Shown piece by piece: positions 27,005 through 36,060 of a DNA stretch of 37,024 nucleotides (position 1 is its first letter; each line of letters begins with the position of its first letter). Location of the stretch: IMG/VR virus record IMGVR_UViG_3300028422_001686; one strand, written 5' to 3'. A program made the translations under genes and the position numbers. This DNA comes from a virus (lineage: Duplodnaviria; Heunggongvirae; Uroviricota; Caudoviricetes). A model generated the notes under the pieces. That model worked only from the letters and a program-made list of their open reading frames with translations, was not told where the DNA came from and searched no databases.

Positions 27005-28057
27005 ATGTATAATTTAACAGAGCTAGTAGAGATTGTTAAATATAGTCTCTTTAATATTCCTAAAAAACAAGAAGGGTCTATTGACCTAATAATCAAACCC
27101 ACTGGTAAATGTAATTTTGCATGTACTTTTTGCTCTTCTCATCTTTATTCTTTAGGGAACGATAAACTTCCTGTCTCCACTATTAGAAAATACCTACTAG
27201 ACTATAATGTTAATTCTATTATAGTCAATGGAGGTGAACCATTAATGATGGATCCGAAGTATTACTTTGATATACTCAAAGACATTCGGAGATTTTCTCC
27301 TAATACCCAGATATCTATAACGACTAATCTCTGGGACTATTGTGAGAACCCTCAAAAATGGAAGGAATTATTTATGCAGAAAGAGGTGGGAGTTATTACC
27401 TCTTTTCAGCCTGATGGAACGAGAATCATTAAGGATAGAGGTGAACCCTTTACTAAAGAAATGTTTTCATTCTGGCTTCAAGAGTTTAAGCAAGAAATTG
27501 GTTATATGCCACACTTTATAACAGTAGCTTCTAGAGATAACTTAGATGGCTGTATAGATGCAATTAAATTAGCAAAAGATCTTGGAACTATCTGTAAAGT
27601 TATTCCGCTTGATAATGCAGGTAGAAGTAGAGATCTTCTAACAACTGGTGAGCTTTTTAAATTCTATGAAAGAGTTTATGAAGAGGGGCTTTCAAAGTAT
27701 GAGGAAAATACTTCCTTAATTGTTGGTGGTAGACTGCTAGGAGCATGTCCATTCTTGCATGGAAAATGCTACAAACACATCATTGCCTTGGATCCAGATG
27801 GTGAAGAGTATAAGTGCGGGGCTATGGCTGATAAAATGCGTCAATTAACAAAGGACGCATATGTTGTTCCTCTAAAACAGGAATGTACAACTTGTAGGTA
27901 TTTCAATTATTGTAATGGTTGTGCTAATACAGTTTTTAGTATGGCAACTAAATATACTATAATAGATTCAGAAGATAAAACAATCTCTTTCTCTAATCAT
28001 ACCAATCTTAATTGTAAGTCAATGAAGTCTCTAACGACTCTTAATCAATTTCTTTAA
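27005..28057 (+). CDS. Radical SAM / SPASM-domain protein 3
   Basis: IKPTGKCNFACTFC, NGGEPL, ACPFLHGKC...DGEEYKC...CTTCRYFNYCNGC...C. Confidence 0.9.
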   Translation: MYNLTELVEIVKYSLFNIPKKQEGSIDLIIKPTGKCNFACTFCSSHLYSLGNDKLPVSTIRKYLLDYNVNSIIVNGGEPLMMDPKYYFDILKDIRRFSPNTQISITTNLWDYCENPQKWKELFMQKEVGVITSFQPDGTRIIKDRGEPFTKEMFSFWLQEFKQEIGYMPHFITVASRDNLDGCIDAIKLAKDLGTICKVIPLDNAGRSRDLLTTGELFKFYERVYEEGLSKYEENTSLIVGGRLLGACPFLHGKCYKHIIALDPDGEEYKCGAMADKMRQLTKDAYVVPLKQECTTCRYFNYCNGCANTVFSMATKYTIIDSEDKTISFSNHTNLNCKSMKSLTTLNQFL

Positions 28058-29051
28058 GAATATCGTATATTTGTCTATAGGAACACTCTTCTTCTTTTGA
28101 GTGTTCCTTTAAGGCACAGTCTACAGAGCAATGCTTTAAGTACTCACAACTAAGACATTGTTTTTTACAGGCTAAATCAAATAACATCTCATCTGGCCTA
28201 CATACTCTAGATTCAGTACAAGACATAATGTCATTCTCTGGAGTTACAACTAGGCTTTCTTTTCCACACTCCATTCTTGCTGATACTTCTTTATTAGCTC
28301 TTCCCTTCCACTCTTTTATTACACTAAATTTTGAAAATTTTGGATGATCTTTTACTAGTCTTACAAAGGATAGTAGTTGGCCTGTACTAGGAATAAGTTT
28401 CTTAAAATCGCTTCCACCAAACACACCTAAATTATTCTTTACTATACTGAAATTAACAGGATATTTTTCTAGTAGGTAGTAAAAATAAGCCGGGATGTCG
28501 CCATCTAAAAACCGGGTTATCGTATTATTAGTTAAAACGAAATTAACTCCGTCAATTAAACTCTCTAAATTCTTTTCATTTTCCTTAAATATTTCTTCCT
28601 GCTCTTCGGTTAAATTCCTGTCTGCTAAATCATATGACACAACAAGTTTCATAGGTGCACACAAACGTATAGCCTCAATAAAATACTTTACTCTTTTCCA
28701 ATTTTTAAATATCAGATTAGATGCCATATCAAAAGATACATTCTTTCCTAAAAGCTTTCCGTAATCCGCCGAGTTAACAACGAGATCCAATACGCCAAGA
28801 AGAAATTCATTTGAAATTGAGTCATCAAAAGTCTCCCCACCAAGTATAGTCGTCAGTACGTTTTCTGCCTTGATGTTTCTATAAAAATCCATTAATATTT
28901 CTTTCTTTTTAGCTAGCGATTCAAATGTTAGTCCTACATCTGACTTATGTGGTTGCTTACAGAAAGCACAATTCAATGAGCATTTGTAAAATAAAAACAC
29001 CTCCGCATCTGCAAAGTTCTCATCTTTTAATGCTGGTAAAACTAATCCCAC
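28041..29051 (-). CDS. Radical SAM / SPASM-domain protein 4
   Basis: CSLNCAFC, LGGETF, ECG...DIMSC...CLSCEYLKHCSVDC...C. GTG start at 29051 (RBS GGAGG) preferred over 29066. Confidence 0.88.
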   Translation of the reverse strand: MGLVLPALKDENFADAEVFLFYKCSLNCAFCKQPHKSDVGLTFESLAKKKEILMDFYRNIKAENVLTTILGGETFDDSISNEFLLGVLDLVVNSADYGKLLGKNVSFDMASNLIFKNWKRVKYFIEAIRLCAPMKLVVSYDLADRNLTEEQEEIFKENEKNLESLIDGVNFVLTNNTITRFLDGDIPAYFYYLLEKYPVNFSIVKNNLGVFGGSDFKKLIPSTGQLLSFVRLVKDHPKFSKFSVIKEWKGRANKEVSARMECGKESLVVTPENDIMSCTESRVCRPDEMLFDLACKKQCLSCEYLKHCSVDCALKEHSKEEECSYRQIYDILKEID

Positions 29052-29290
29052 TTGCCCTCCGAGCATCTAGCTGCCAACAATGGCACCTTTAGATTCATAA
29101 AACATCCACATGACCTACATCTATTAGATGTCTCTATTAAGTAGTCACAATCAAAACAAATAGCCCATCTTTTCTCTTGAACATCTGGTGGAGCTATAGT
29201 CTTTCCTTCAGATGCCATCTTCCGAATAACAGACCCTGCGGTAAGCAAGGCCTGCTTCATCTTAAATCCTAACCCTTTATCGTCTTCCAT
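29042..29290 (-). CDS. Small Cys-rich protein (DUF6171-like)
   Basis: KRWAICFDC...NRCRSCGCFMNLKV...ARCSEGKW pattern. Confidence 0.65.
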   Translation of the reverse strand: MEDDKGLGFKMKQALLTAGSVIRKMASEGKTIAPPDVQEKRWAICFDCDYLIETSNRCRSCGCFMNLKVPLLAARCSEGKWD

Positions 29291-29571
29291 AAATCATCAA
29301 AGTCCTTCTCTGTCTGTTTATTTCTGTCCTGATTGTCTTGGGTGTCTTTTTCTTTCTGCTTAGCTTCTTCCTTCTTTGCGTCCTCTTCCCTTTTCTTTTC
29401 ACTCTGCCCTTTTAGAATAAGCATACCAACGACACCAAAGATTGCAACTAAAGCAATACCAATAATTTTTATAATAAGCATTGGGCCTGTAGATCCAGCA
29501 ATGCCTTGAATAGCATCAACAATTCCACTAATTCCACTAACTGATTCTGTTAGAATATCCTCGGACGCCAT
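29269..29571 (-). CDS. Single-pass membrane protein with charged C-terminal tail
   Basis: Hydrophobic stretch MLIIKIIGIALVAIFGVVGMLIL followed by a K/E/Q/D-rich region. Confidence 0.7.
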   Translation of the reverse strand: MASEDILTESVSGISGIVDAIQGIAGSTGPMLIIKIIGIALVAIFGVVGMLILKGQSEKKREEDAKKEEAKQKEKDTQDNQDRNKQTEKDFDDLWKTIKG

Positions 29572-30512
29572 ACTTCCTCTCCTTTATCAACAATTGAAAA
29601 ATAGATTCTACCTGAAGCTGTAGATGTAAAGACTGATACATAGTCACTGTCTACACATAGCTTGTGGGTTCGTAATCCTTTATTTAGCTTATACTTATCA
29701 TTTAATACAGCAATCGCCACTGGATCATCATATTTAATACAAGTTCTTCCTTTCTTATATTTTATAGTTGGAGCACCTAGCTGAATATAATCATTACTAT
29801 AAACGCCAAGAGAAATTAGATATGCATCAATCATCTTCTCTTTACTTACAAAGAACATTGAATAATTACACTCGTCTTCTTTTCCTATTTCGTCTTTTCC
29901 TGTAAGTTCTTTAAGGGTAATAGTCGACTGACCTTGTGGTATTTCTTTTTCTAAATAGTAACTGCATCCTTTAATATAAAGAGTCGAGTCTTCTACAGTA
30001 TTAACAACAAGATCAAAGTTGTTTGGCGCACCCTCTTTTATTTGGATAGGTAGAACTTTTCCTTGGACCTTTTGGTTAAAAAAGAAAGATGATTCAACGA
30101 TAGACTTTTCTGACTTATCTTTAAATAAAATAAAATCGCCATTGATTGTATTGTCAAACTTACTTGGTCTTAGCTTAACATTAAAGGTACATGTTGAAAC
30201 ATCTGATGGCATTAACTCCGTCAACTTTGCTATTGGGAATGAAAGATTTTTCACATTCTCATAATAAAAGGTTGAATCATAGTTACAGTTTGCAGATATT
30301 AAAGATACAGTGCCACTGTACGGTGTTTTGATTACAAGGTCCTCTGACGATTCATTGAAGGCACATCCACCCTTACCAACATACTGTTTACCGCAGATAG
30401 TATATGGTAACAGCTTAATTCCAGCATCCCACGGCGCAGTTCCTGTATCCACAGGTAGTTGACCACAAGACAATAAAAACATTAACATAAATAAATAGAA
30501 AATTTTTCTCAT
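29550..30512 (-). CDS. Putative lipoprotein
   Basis: MRKIFYLFMLMFLLS-C lipobox. RBS AAGGAG. Beta-rich mature part with several Cys. Confidence 0.7.
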   Translation of the reverse strand: MRKIFYLFMLMFLLSCGQLPVDTGTAPWDAGIKLLPYTICGKQYVGKGGCAFNESSEDLVIKTPYSGTVSLISANCNYDSTFYYENVKNLSFPIAKLTELMPSDVSTCTFNVKLRPSKFDNTINGDFILFKDKSEKSIVESSFFFNQKVQGKVLPIQIKEGAPNNFDLVVNTVEDSTLYIKGCSYYLEKEIPQGQSTITLKELTGKDEIGKEDECNYSMFFVSKEKMIDAYLISLGVYSNDYIQLGAPTIKYKKGRTCIKYDDPVAIAVLNDKYKLNKGLRTHKLCVDSDYVSVFTSTASGRIYFSIVDKGEEVWRPRIF

Positions 30513-30547
30513 GTTTTCTCCTTTTTTCCTGCGATTATTGTAGCATT

Positions 30548-30574
30548 AAAAAAGCCGCTATAGAAGCGGCTTTT
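30548..30574 (-). terminator. Rho-independent (possibly bidirectional) terminator
   Basis: A6-GCCGCT-ATAGA-AGCGGC-T4 on the + strand. Confidence 0.75.
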
Positions 30575-30603
30575 GTATAATTCTTTAAATGTAAGACTTT
30601 TTC

Positions 30604-31221
30604 TTATGCAGCAAGAATAGCAGCACGATCAGTTCTAAATTGTTCAATGCGCTTCATTCTCCAGAGAGCATAGTTGGCAGCAGCTTCTAATCTAGTAGCA
30701 ACATAGGCAGCAACCGAGGCTGTTGTTTGAAGTTCATTTCCATCATCATCAACAATACCTTGAAAGATAAAAAGATTTGGATTCTCTTGCATTTCTTTCC
30801 ATGTTTGATGGAAGGCAGTAGCTGACTCTGCATTACTAGTGCCAAAAACATTTTTCATTTCAGCATATACCTCAGTATTCATTGTGTCATACAGAGCTTG
30901 AACTTGAGCTGTCTTAGCCAACTCTGAATCTTGAACAATATTATATTCTAAAACCATATCTCCTTGAACATAAGTATATGTTTCATCTGATGGATCTTCG
31001 TAAACAGTAGTCATACCATCTTCTGATATCCAGCTTTCATTGGGGTAGGTTTCAGATGTAGTAACAGTATCTGACGGATAAGTTACTTCTTCAGGTATCA
31101 TTACATGTACATGGGTCTGACTGTTTCCCCATGGACCACCGTAATTATATTGTTCTGGCTCATCTCCAACATACTTGTGTACAATTTTTAAACTTTCTTT
31201 ATTAATAATAGCAACATTCAT
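30604..31221 (-). CDS. Hypothetical protein, possibly tail-fibre-associated/assembly protein
   Basis: Last gene after the fibre-like array. RBS AAGGAG. Own promoter and terminator. Confidence 0.55.
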   Translation of the reverse strand: MNVAIINKESLKIVHKYVGDEPEQYNYGGPWGNSQTHVHVMIPEEVTYPSDTVTTSETYPNESWISEDGMTTVYEDPSDETYTYVQGDMVLEYNIVQDSELAKTAQVQALYDTMNTEVYAEMKNVFGTSNAESATAFHQTWKEMQENPNLFIFQGIVDDDGNELQTTASVAAYVATRLEAAANYALWRMKRIEQFRTDRAAILAA

Positions 31222-31248
31222 ATTTATCTCTCCTTATTTGTATAACTA

Positions 31249-31276
31249 ATTATATATCTAAATCTTCTAAAATCAA
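31249..31276 (-). promoter_or_regulatory. Sigma70-type promoter
   Basis: On the - strand, TTGATT-N16-TATAAT upstream of ATG 31221. Confidence 0.55.
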
Positions 31277-31288
31277 ATTAAAAAAATA

Positions 31289-32263
31289 CTACCAATCTGC
31301 ATCACATAAAAGTGTACCATAAGTTGCACCATAGTTCGTTATTGCAACAATTGTAACTGAAGTTTTTAAGGAGCTTTCGACGTTTAATATTCCATATGTT
31401 GAGGTTGTATCAATACTTGGTATTGCTCTCATTGGGGTTTGATAATACGCCGTAGTCTTCAATGTGCTAGATGATGGAGCAGCACGGATACTAAAATAAT
31501 TGCTTTGATAGTATCTTAAACACGCCATTTCTTCACCAATAAGACTTCCATGTGAATAATTGTATATTTTCATAGACTCTGCCGTATGTTCTCCTTTACG
31601 AAGTTGAATCTCACCAAAAGCAACATAGTTTGAAGCTGTTGTATGCCATTGTGTGCAAGATGCATGAGAAATAGCTGAAACAGAAGAATTCCAAGTATTA
31701 AGTTCAAGATCTGTTGCATGGTAGTCAGACCCAGCAGAAGTTCCAATATATGCATACATTCTAAAGCCAGACGCATAAGCGAGGTACCCATCTGGTAGAG
31801 TGTCTATGACTTTTGATATAAACTGTAATCCACTTACAACGTCAAATGTTGTTGTATATGTCATATAGTTTGTACCATTAAAAAGTTGTAGTGTCAGGGG
31901 CAGAGTTCCTGAGAAATTAGTTTCTAACCAAAACCCAGCTGTTGCTTTTGATCCTTCCATATCCCAGACATAAGCACCCTCAAAAGCTTGTGTCATTGGT
32001 TCAACCCAATCACCAGAAGCAATACTAACAGATGCAGTAGATGTTAATTTTGCAAAATAGTTCGGAAATCCAGACACTGCATAACTGCTAGAGGTAATAG
32101 TTTTCGATGTCGTGCCACCTATTGCAAATCTATTTCTATCTCCTGAGTAACCAGTTACTGTTCCAGTTCCAGACACACTTGAGGTCCAAGCCCTTTTTAA
32201 AACATCTAGACGACCATTCATCCATCTATTTCTTATTTGATCTAAATCACCTGTTATTCTCAT
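31289..32263 (-). CDS. Putative virion fibre/receptor-binding protein, beta-sandwich paralog A3
   Basis: NRWMNG..., EEMACLRYYQ...MRAIPS...DADW. S/T/G/Y-rich. Confidence 0.6.
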   Translation of the reverse strand: MRITGDLDQIRNRWMNGRLDVLKRAWTSSVSGTGTVTGYSGDRNRFAIGGTTSKTITSSSYAVSGFPNYFAKLTSTASVSIASGDWVEPMTQAFEGAYVWDMEGSKATAGFWLETNFSGTLPLTLQLFNGTNYMTYTTTFDVVSGLQFISKVIDTLPDGYLAYASGFRMYAYIGTSAGSDYHATDLELNTWNSSVSAISHASCTQWHTTASNYVAFGEIQLRKGEHTAESMKIYNYSHGSLIGEEMACLRYYQSNYFSIRAAPSSSTLKTTAYYQTPMRAIPSIDTTSTYGILNVESSLKTSVTIVAITNYGATYGTLLCDADW

Positions 32264-32278
32264 ATATCTTCTCCTAAA

Positions 32279-33256
32279 TTAAATAGTACCATCTGCTTCC
32301 CAGACAAATCTACAATACTGTCCAGCCGTTAATGCTCCAGCCAATGTAAATCCACCTGCACTAATATAAGCATAATACCCAAGCACTGATGTTCCTGCAG
32401 AACTTAAAAAGTATCCAGATGCACCTGTTCCTGGATTATAGACTAGTGGTGTTGGAGCCTTATACATTCTTTTTGGGAATGAAATACTGGTCATAATACT
32501 TCCAGCAGATGTTGTTACGGTAGCCCAATACATTGTATTTCCACTTGTAGTTACTGATGCCGGAGCAACATCTAAATCACAACTTTTTTGATAAAACAAC
32601 TGACATAAGTCATACTCTTTTTCATATGAATCATATTCTACAAAACGAGCATTAGGTGTTGGATTAAGCATACAAGTCGAGAAGTAAAAATAATTGGTAG
32701 TAGATGTACTCCCGTTAGTGGCCAGTACCCTTACAATATAGCCGTCACTCACATCTGGAAAGTCAATTGCAACTTCTTCCCTTGCCCATGTTCCATCTCC
32801 AGCAATAGTAATATCTTGACTAAAGAACGAGGTGATGTCACTTAGATCATCCTTTGCATTTGCTTTATATACAGTAATGTTTAAGGTTGTACAATTATAT
32901 GTCGCATGATAAAGGCTATAATACATTCTTCGATTGGATACATTCTTCGCTAGTATACTCGGAACACGGTGCTGATATTGTAGTGAGTATGAAGAGTCAG
33001 TAGGTAAACCTTGAAGTACTCCCGTATATCTTTTTTTTACAAATCCATTTTCATATTCAGTATCTTCACTATAATCAACTCTATTAAAAAGAGGACTAGT
33101 ATAAGTTCCACCCCTAGCACATCTTCCAAAATCCATCCCAACAAATGAAGTATAATTAGTTGGAATAGCAACTGATGTATTCACATATTTTTGAGAGAAT
33201 CTAAACCCACCATTAGGAAGATAGTTCTTGTTCTCTACAGCTTGTTTAGTCTTCAT
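32279..33256 (-). CDS. Putative virion fibre/receptor-binding protein, beta-sandwich paralog A2
   Basis: NYLPNGGFRFSQ..., EYDLCQLFYQ...MYKAPT...EADG. Confidence 0.6.
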   Translation of the reverse strand: MKTKQAVENKNYLPNGGFRFSQKYVNTSVAIPTNYTSFVGMDFGRCARGGTYTSPLFNRVDYSEDTEYENGFVKKRYTGVLQGLPTDSSYSLQYQHRVPSILAKNVSNRRMYYSLYHATYNCTTLNITVYKANAKDDLSDITSFFSQDITIAGDGTWAREEVAIDFPDVSDGYIVRVLATNGSTSTTNYFYFSTCMLNPTPNARFVEYDSYEKEYDLCQLFYQKSCDLDVAPASVTTSGNTMYWATVTTSAGSIMTSISFPKRMYKAPTPLVYNPGTGASGYFLSSAGTSVLGYYAYISAGGFTLAGALTAGQYCRFVWEADGTI

Positions 33257-33271
33257 TTATATCTCCTGCTA

Positions 33272-33772
33272 TTAAAATTGAGACAACGCTTTCTGTATTC
33301 TTAATTCATGCCTTAAAGCACCAGATGTTATCCTTGTAATGGTTCCTGCGGTTCCACCCATGTAAATAATCCAAGGCCTCAACATTTCTCCAGCTTCAAC
33401 CCCTTCATTAATCCAGTCTCCAACTAAAAATTCATTAGCTAAATTAGGAGTAATTTGCTCTCCCCATCTCTTAGCTCCCCAAGTTGTCCCACCGTCTAAG
33501 CTACTATAAATACACAGCGACCAATATCCACCAGTAAATGATGGCTGAATTTTGGTGTAAATATTCAGCCTGGTTTTAATTGGGCATGTGTAAATTCCAG
33601 TAGTTTCATCATACAGCAACTCTGGGTTATGAACTGGAGTAGAAAATGTAATCGGACCACTTGCGCTTGTGTACGAAAATGTATTCACATCCGTAACAAG
33701 GCATCCGATATCTTTATTGTTTTCCTGATCTTCATATCTTTGAGCCAATAAACTTTTAGCTTGAAGTAACAT
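33272..33772 (-). CDS. Putative C1q/TNF-like beta-sandwich virion protein
   Basis: ITFS...YDETTGIYTCP...AGEMLR pattern. Confidence 0.5.
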   Translation of the reverse strand: MLLQAKSLLAQRYEDQENNKDIGCLVTDVNTFSYTSASGPITFSTPVHNPELLYDETTGIYTCPIKTRLNIYTKIQPSFTGGYWSLCIYSSLDGGTTWGAKRWGEQITPNLANEFLVGDWINEGVEAGEMLRPWIIYMGGTAGTITRITSGALRHELRIQKALSQF

Positions 33773-33782
33773 CTATATCTCC

Positions 33783-34694
33783 TTAGTAAATTTCGGCATC
33801 CAATAAAGCATTCTGATACCCTGCTGTAGTAGCTGCAGTTGTGGATTGAACTAACGCCCTGTTTCCACCAGTTGCCGCCACAGTAAGAAACGTCGCCACA
33901 GTAATTCCGCTAATAGTGGGCGTAGCTCTCATATATGAAGGGATGGGTTGCATAAAATGATAGTATCCACCGCCCAAAGCATATCCAGAGGTAGCAGCGA
34001 AAACCTTCATGTAGGTTGTATATCTCCTACACATAATCCATTCAAACTCCTCTAACAATTCAGTCCATGGCAAAGCCTTCTCTCCAAAGTTAATCATTAG
34101 GTCTTTAAAGTCTACAGTACCACCATCATCAGTTACGGAGTCAAGGGTTCCTGCCCATAAATCCAAACCTAAACCATTCGCAAAAGCTTCTGTTACTTCA
34201 ATATTTTCTATCTTGTACTCATACCAAACATTTGGAGTAACCACTGATGACATATCCAGATTATCTTCTCTAACAACATCAACGGTTGTAGTGTAATCAT
34301 CTTCAGCCGTTGGATTGATTAATCCGACGACCATCCTACTCGTTATGTCCGGGGCAGAGAATCTACACTTAAAACTTAGGCTTACCTTTTGTCCAATTCT
34401 ATTTTTAAATCTTCCACCCTCTATATATTGTCTATGACTTATTCCTGCAACTCCGCCCGTCCATGTGAACGAAAACCTGTGAAAATAATTGCCTTCGTAA
34501 GTTGATCTAGGGGAGTACGTTACAGTTAATCCTGAGCTCGACCCTGTTTTTCTTGTTATCCATCTATCACAATAGTAATCATAGGATGTAGTCAAAGTTA
34601 CTGGATATGAAGATCCACCAGATGTTCTTTGGTTTATTCTACCACTGCTATTTATAAGTAAATTAGATGTTAACTCATCAATTCTATTAAACAT
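33783..34694 (-). CDS. Putative virion fibre/receptor-binding protein, beta-sandwich paralog A1
   Basis: NLLINSSGRINQR...YYCDRW, EWIMCRRY...MRATPT...DAEIY. Confidence 0.65.
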   Translation of the reverse strand: MFNRIDELTSNLLINSSGRINQRTSGGSSYPVTLTTSYDYYCDRWITRKTGSSSGLTVTYSPRSTYEGNYFHRFSFTWTGGVAGISHRQYIEGGRFKNRIGQKVSLSFKCRFSAPDITSRMVVGLINPTAEDDYTTTVDVVREDNLDMSSVVTPNVWYEYKIENIEVTEAFANGLGLDLWAGTLDSVTDDGGTVDFKDLMINFGEKALPWTELLEEFEWIMCRRYTTYMKVFAATSGYALGGGYYHFMQPIPSYMRATPTISGITVATFLTVAATGGNRALVQSTTAATTAGYQNALLDAEIY

Positions 34695-36049
34695 TAGTAC
34701 CCCTCTATTACTTTATTAGGTGTTACAGTTAAGGCGAATCTATTGTAAGAAGAAGATCCTGCATACAATGTTTTGGCTTGACCAAGATAAACCTCTAACT
34801 TAATCACATCATCTTTATTAACTGCCAAATTACCCATATCTGCCTTCATTGGAAAGTAGTAATTTGTGGCTGAAGTGGCTCCATAGTGCCTATCATACAT
34901 AATTTGTATTCTATTATATAAAGTTCCACCTCTATAAATGGCCAGATAGGTATGCTTCGCTTCATTGTATGCCCAAGCTCCTAACATTAAAGTGTACATG
35001 TTTACATGTAAATATCCATCAAAAGCTATCTTTAGACCATCATTACCATTAAATGCATTGTAGTTATCAACTGTAGCCCCCATATCAACAATTGTTTCCT
35101 GGGTATTAGCTGCTATAGACTGGTTTGACAATTTATATCCTAAGAATCTTTGGATTCTATTGTCTAGAATAACTTGAGATAGTTTAGTTTCAATACTTTT
35201 TAACAAATCCCCAAATCCTCTTCTTTCAATTTCCTGAGGAGAAGCATCTAGGATATTACTAATATCATCGCTACCATAAAAATTGTAGGCTTGTTCTTGC
35301 GCAAGTTTAATTATGGCTCCAGTTAATTTTTCAATACCACCCCATACTTGAACATCTGCACTTCCTAGCATCTTACCACCTTCTATAACGAAAGCAGTAT
35401 CTTCACTTAAAGGCTGATTTAATTTAATTTGAGTCCCATATCCATTTCCAGAATCAAGCTCTTCATAGTTTCCATCAGCGAAATCATCAGCAGTAGCATT
35501 ATTCACATTTCTAAGAAGGAGTACTCCATCAGAATAAACCTTAATAGCACCAACTTGATTGCTTGGATTTTCATTCACCTTGAAAGGCATTCCAATATTT
35601 AGGACCTGTTCTCCTGCTAAACCCTCTACAGTAACCTTAAAATCTCTTGAGTCAACAAAAACAGAGTTTGCGGCCGGCGCTGTTCGTACTGTCCCAAAAA
35701 AGATCTCACCTTCAAGAGCACCAAACTCTTTTAAAGCACCTTCAAACTGTATATAATTACCAACTATCTTCCAGTCTTTATATGGAATTAAAGTCCTGGC
35801 CGTACTACTTAAAGTAAGGTTTTTATGAAAAACAGAAAGCTTTGCTCCTAGGATTTGTTCATTTGTAGCCTGAACAAAACCATTTGAAGAAAGAATTTCT
35901 GGGGTTACAAGATTTAAAAGATCAATACTCTTGTCACCCTCAGATGCCATATGTGCAAATCTAATATCTACAGATGGAGCTAAAGGTTTTTTAGTATTGG
36001 GAAGTAAATCTTTTTTTACAAAACTAATCCCATTTTTAACTAAACTCAT
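34694..36049 (-). CDS. Putative virion structural protein with C-terminal C1q-like domain
   Basis: NQSIAANTQETIV...AFNGNDGLKIAFDGYL...VNKDDVIKLEVY...FALT. Confidence 0.55.
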   Translation of the reverse strand: MSLVKNGISFVKKDLLPNTKKPLAPSVDIRFAHMASEGDKSIDLLNLVTPEILSSNGFVQATNEQILGAKLSVFHKNLTLSSTARTLIPYKDWKIVGNYIQFEGALKEFGALEGEIFFGTVRTAPAANSVFVDSRDFKVTVEGLAGEQVLNIGMPFKVNENPSNQVGAIKVYSDGVLLLRNVNNATADDFADGNYEELDSGNGYGTQIKLNQPLSEDTAFVIEGGKMLGSADVQVWGGIEKLTGAIIKLAQEQAYNFYGSDDISNILDASPQEIERRGFGDLLKSIETKLSQVILDNRIQRFLGYKLSNQSIAANTQETIVDMGATVDNYNAFNGNDGLKIAFDGYLHVNMYTLMLGAWAYNEAKHTYLAIYRGGTLYNRIQIMYDRHYGATSATNYYFPMKADMGNLAVNKDDVIKLEVYLGQAKTLYAGSSSYNRFALTVTPNKVIEGY

Positions 36050-36060
36050 ATTCTATTTCC

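Noticed and set aside
22683-29051. rSAMs as 7-deazaguanine or other DNA-modification enzymes
   Set aside because: All four carry SPASM-like Cys tails, and no QueC/QueD/FolE/DpdA-like genes are present in the window. Cannot be fully excluded without searches.
571-30264. Shadow ORFs in the track (e.g. 571-834, 3199-3384, 3669-3905, 6282-6695, 7719-7904, 8683-8937, 9967-10176, 13581-13844, 13622-13966, 14941-15156, 16090-16350, 21478-21741, 21656-21856, 23081-23350, 28495-28764, 30019-30264) and the similar 31570-31791, 35559-35756
   Set aside because: They lie antisense to or inside well-supported genes, lack RBSs and have no recognisable motifs.
29269-30512. Canonical two-component spanin
   Set aside because: The lipoprotein is upstream and much larger than typical o-spanins, and the TM segment is not at the extreme N-terminus.
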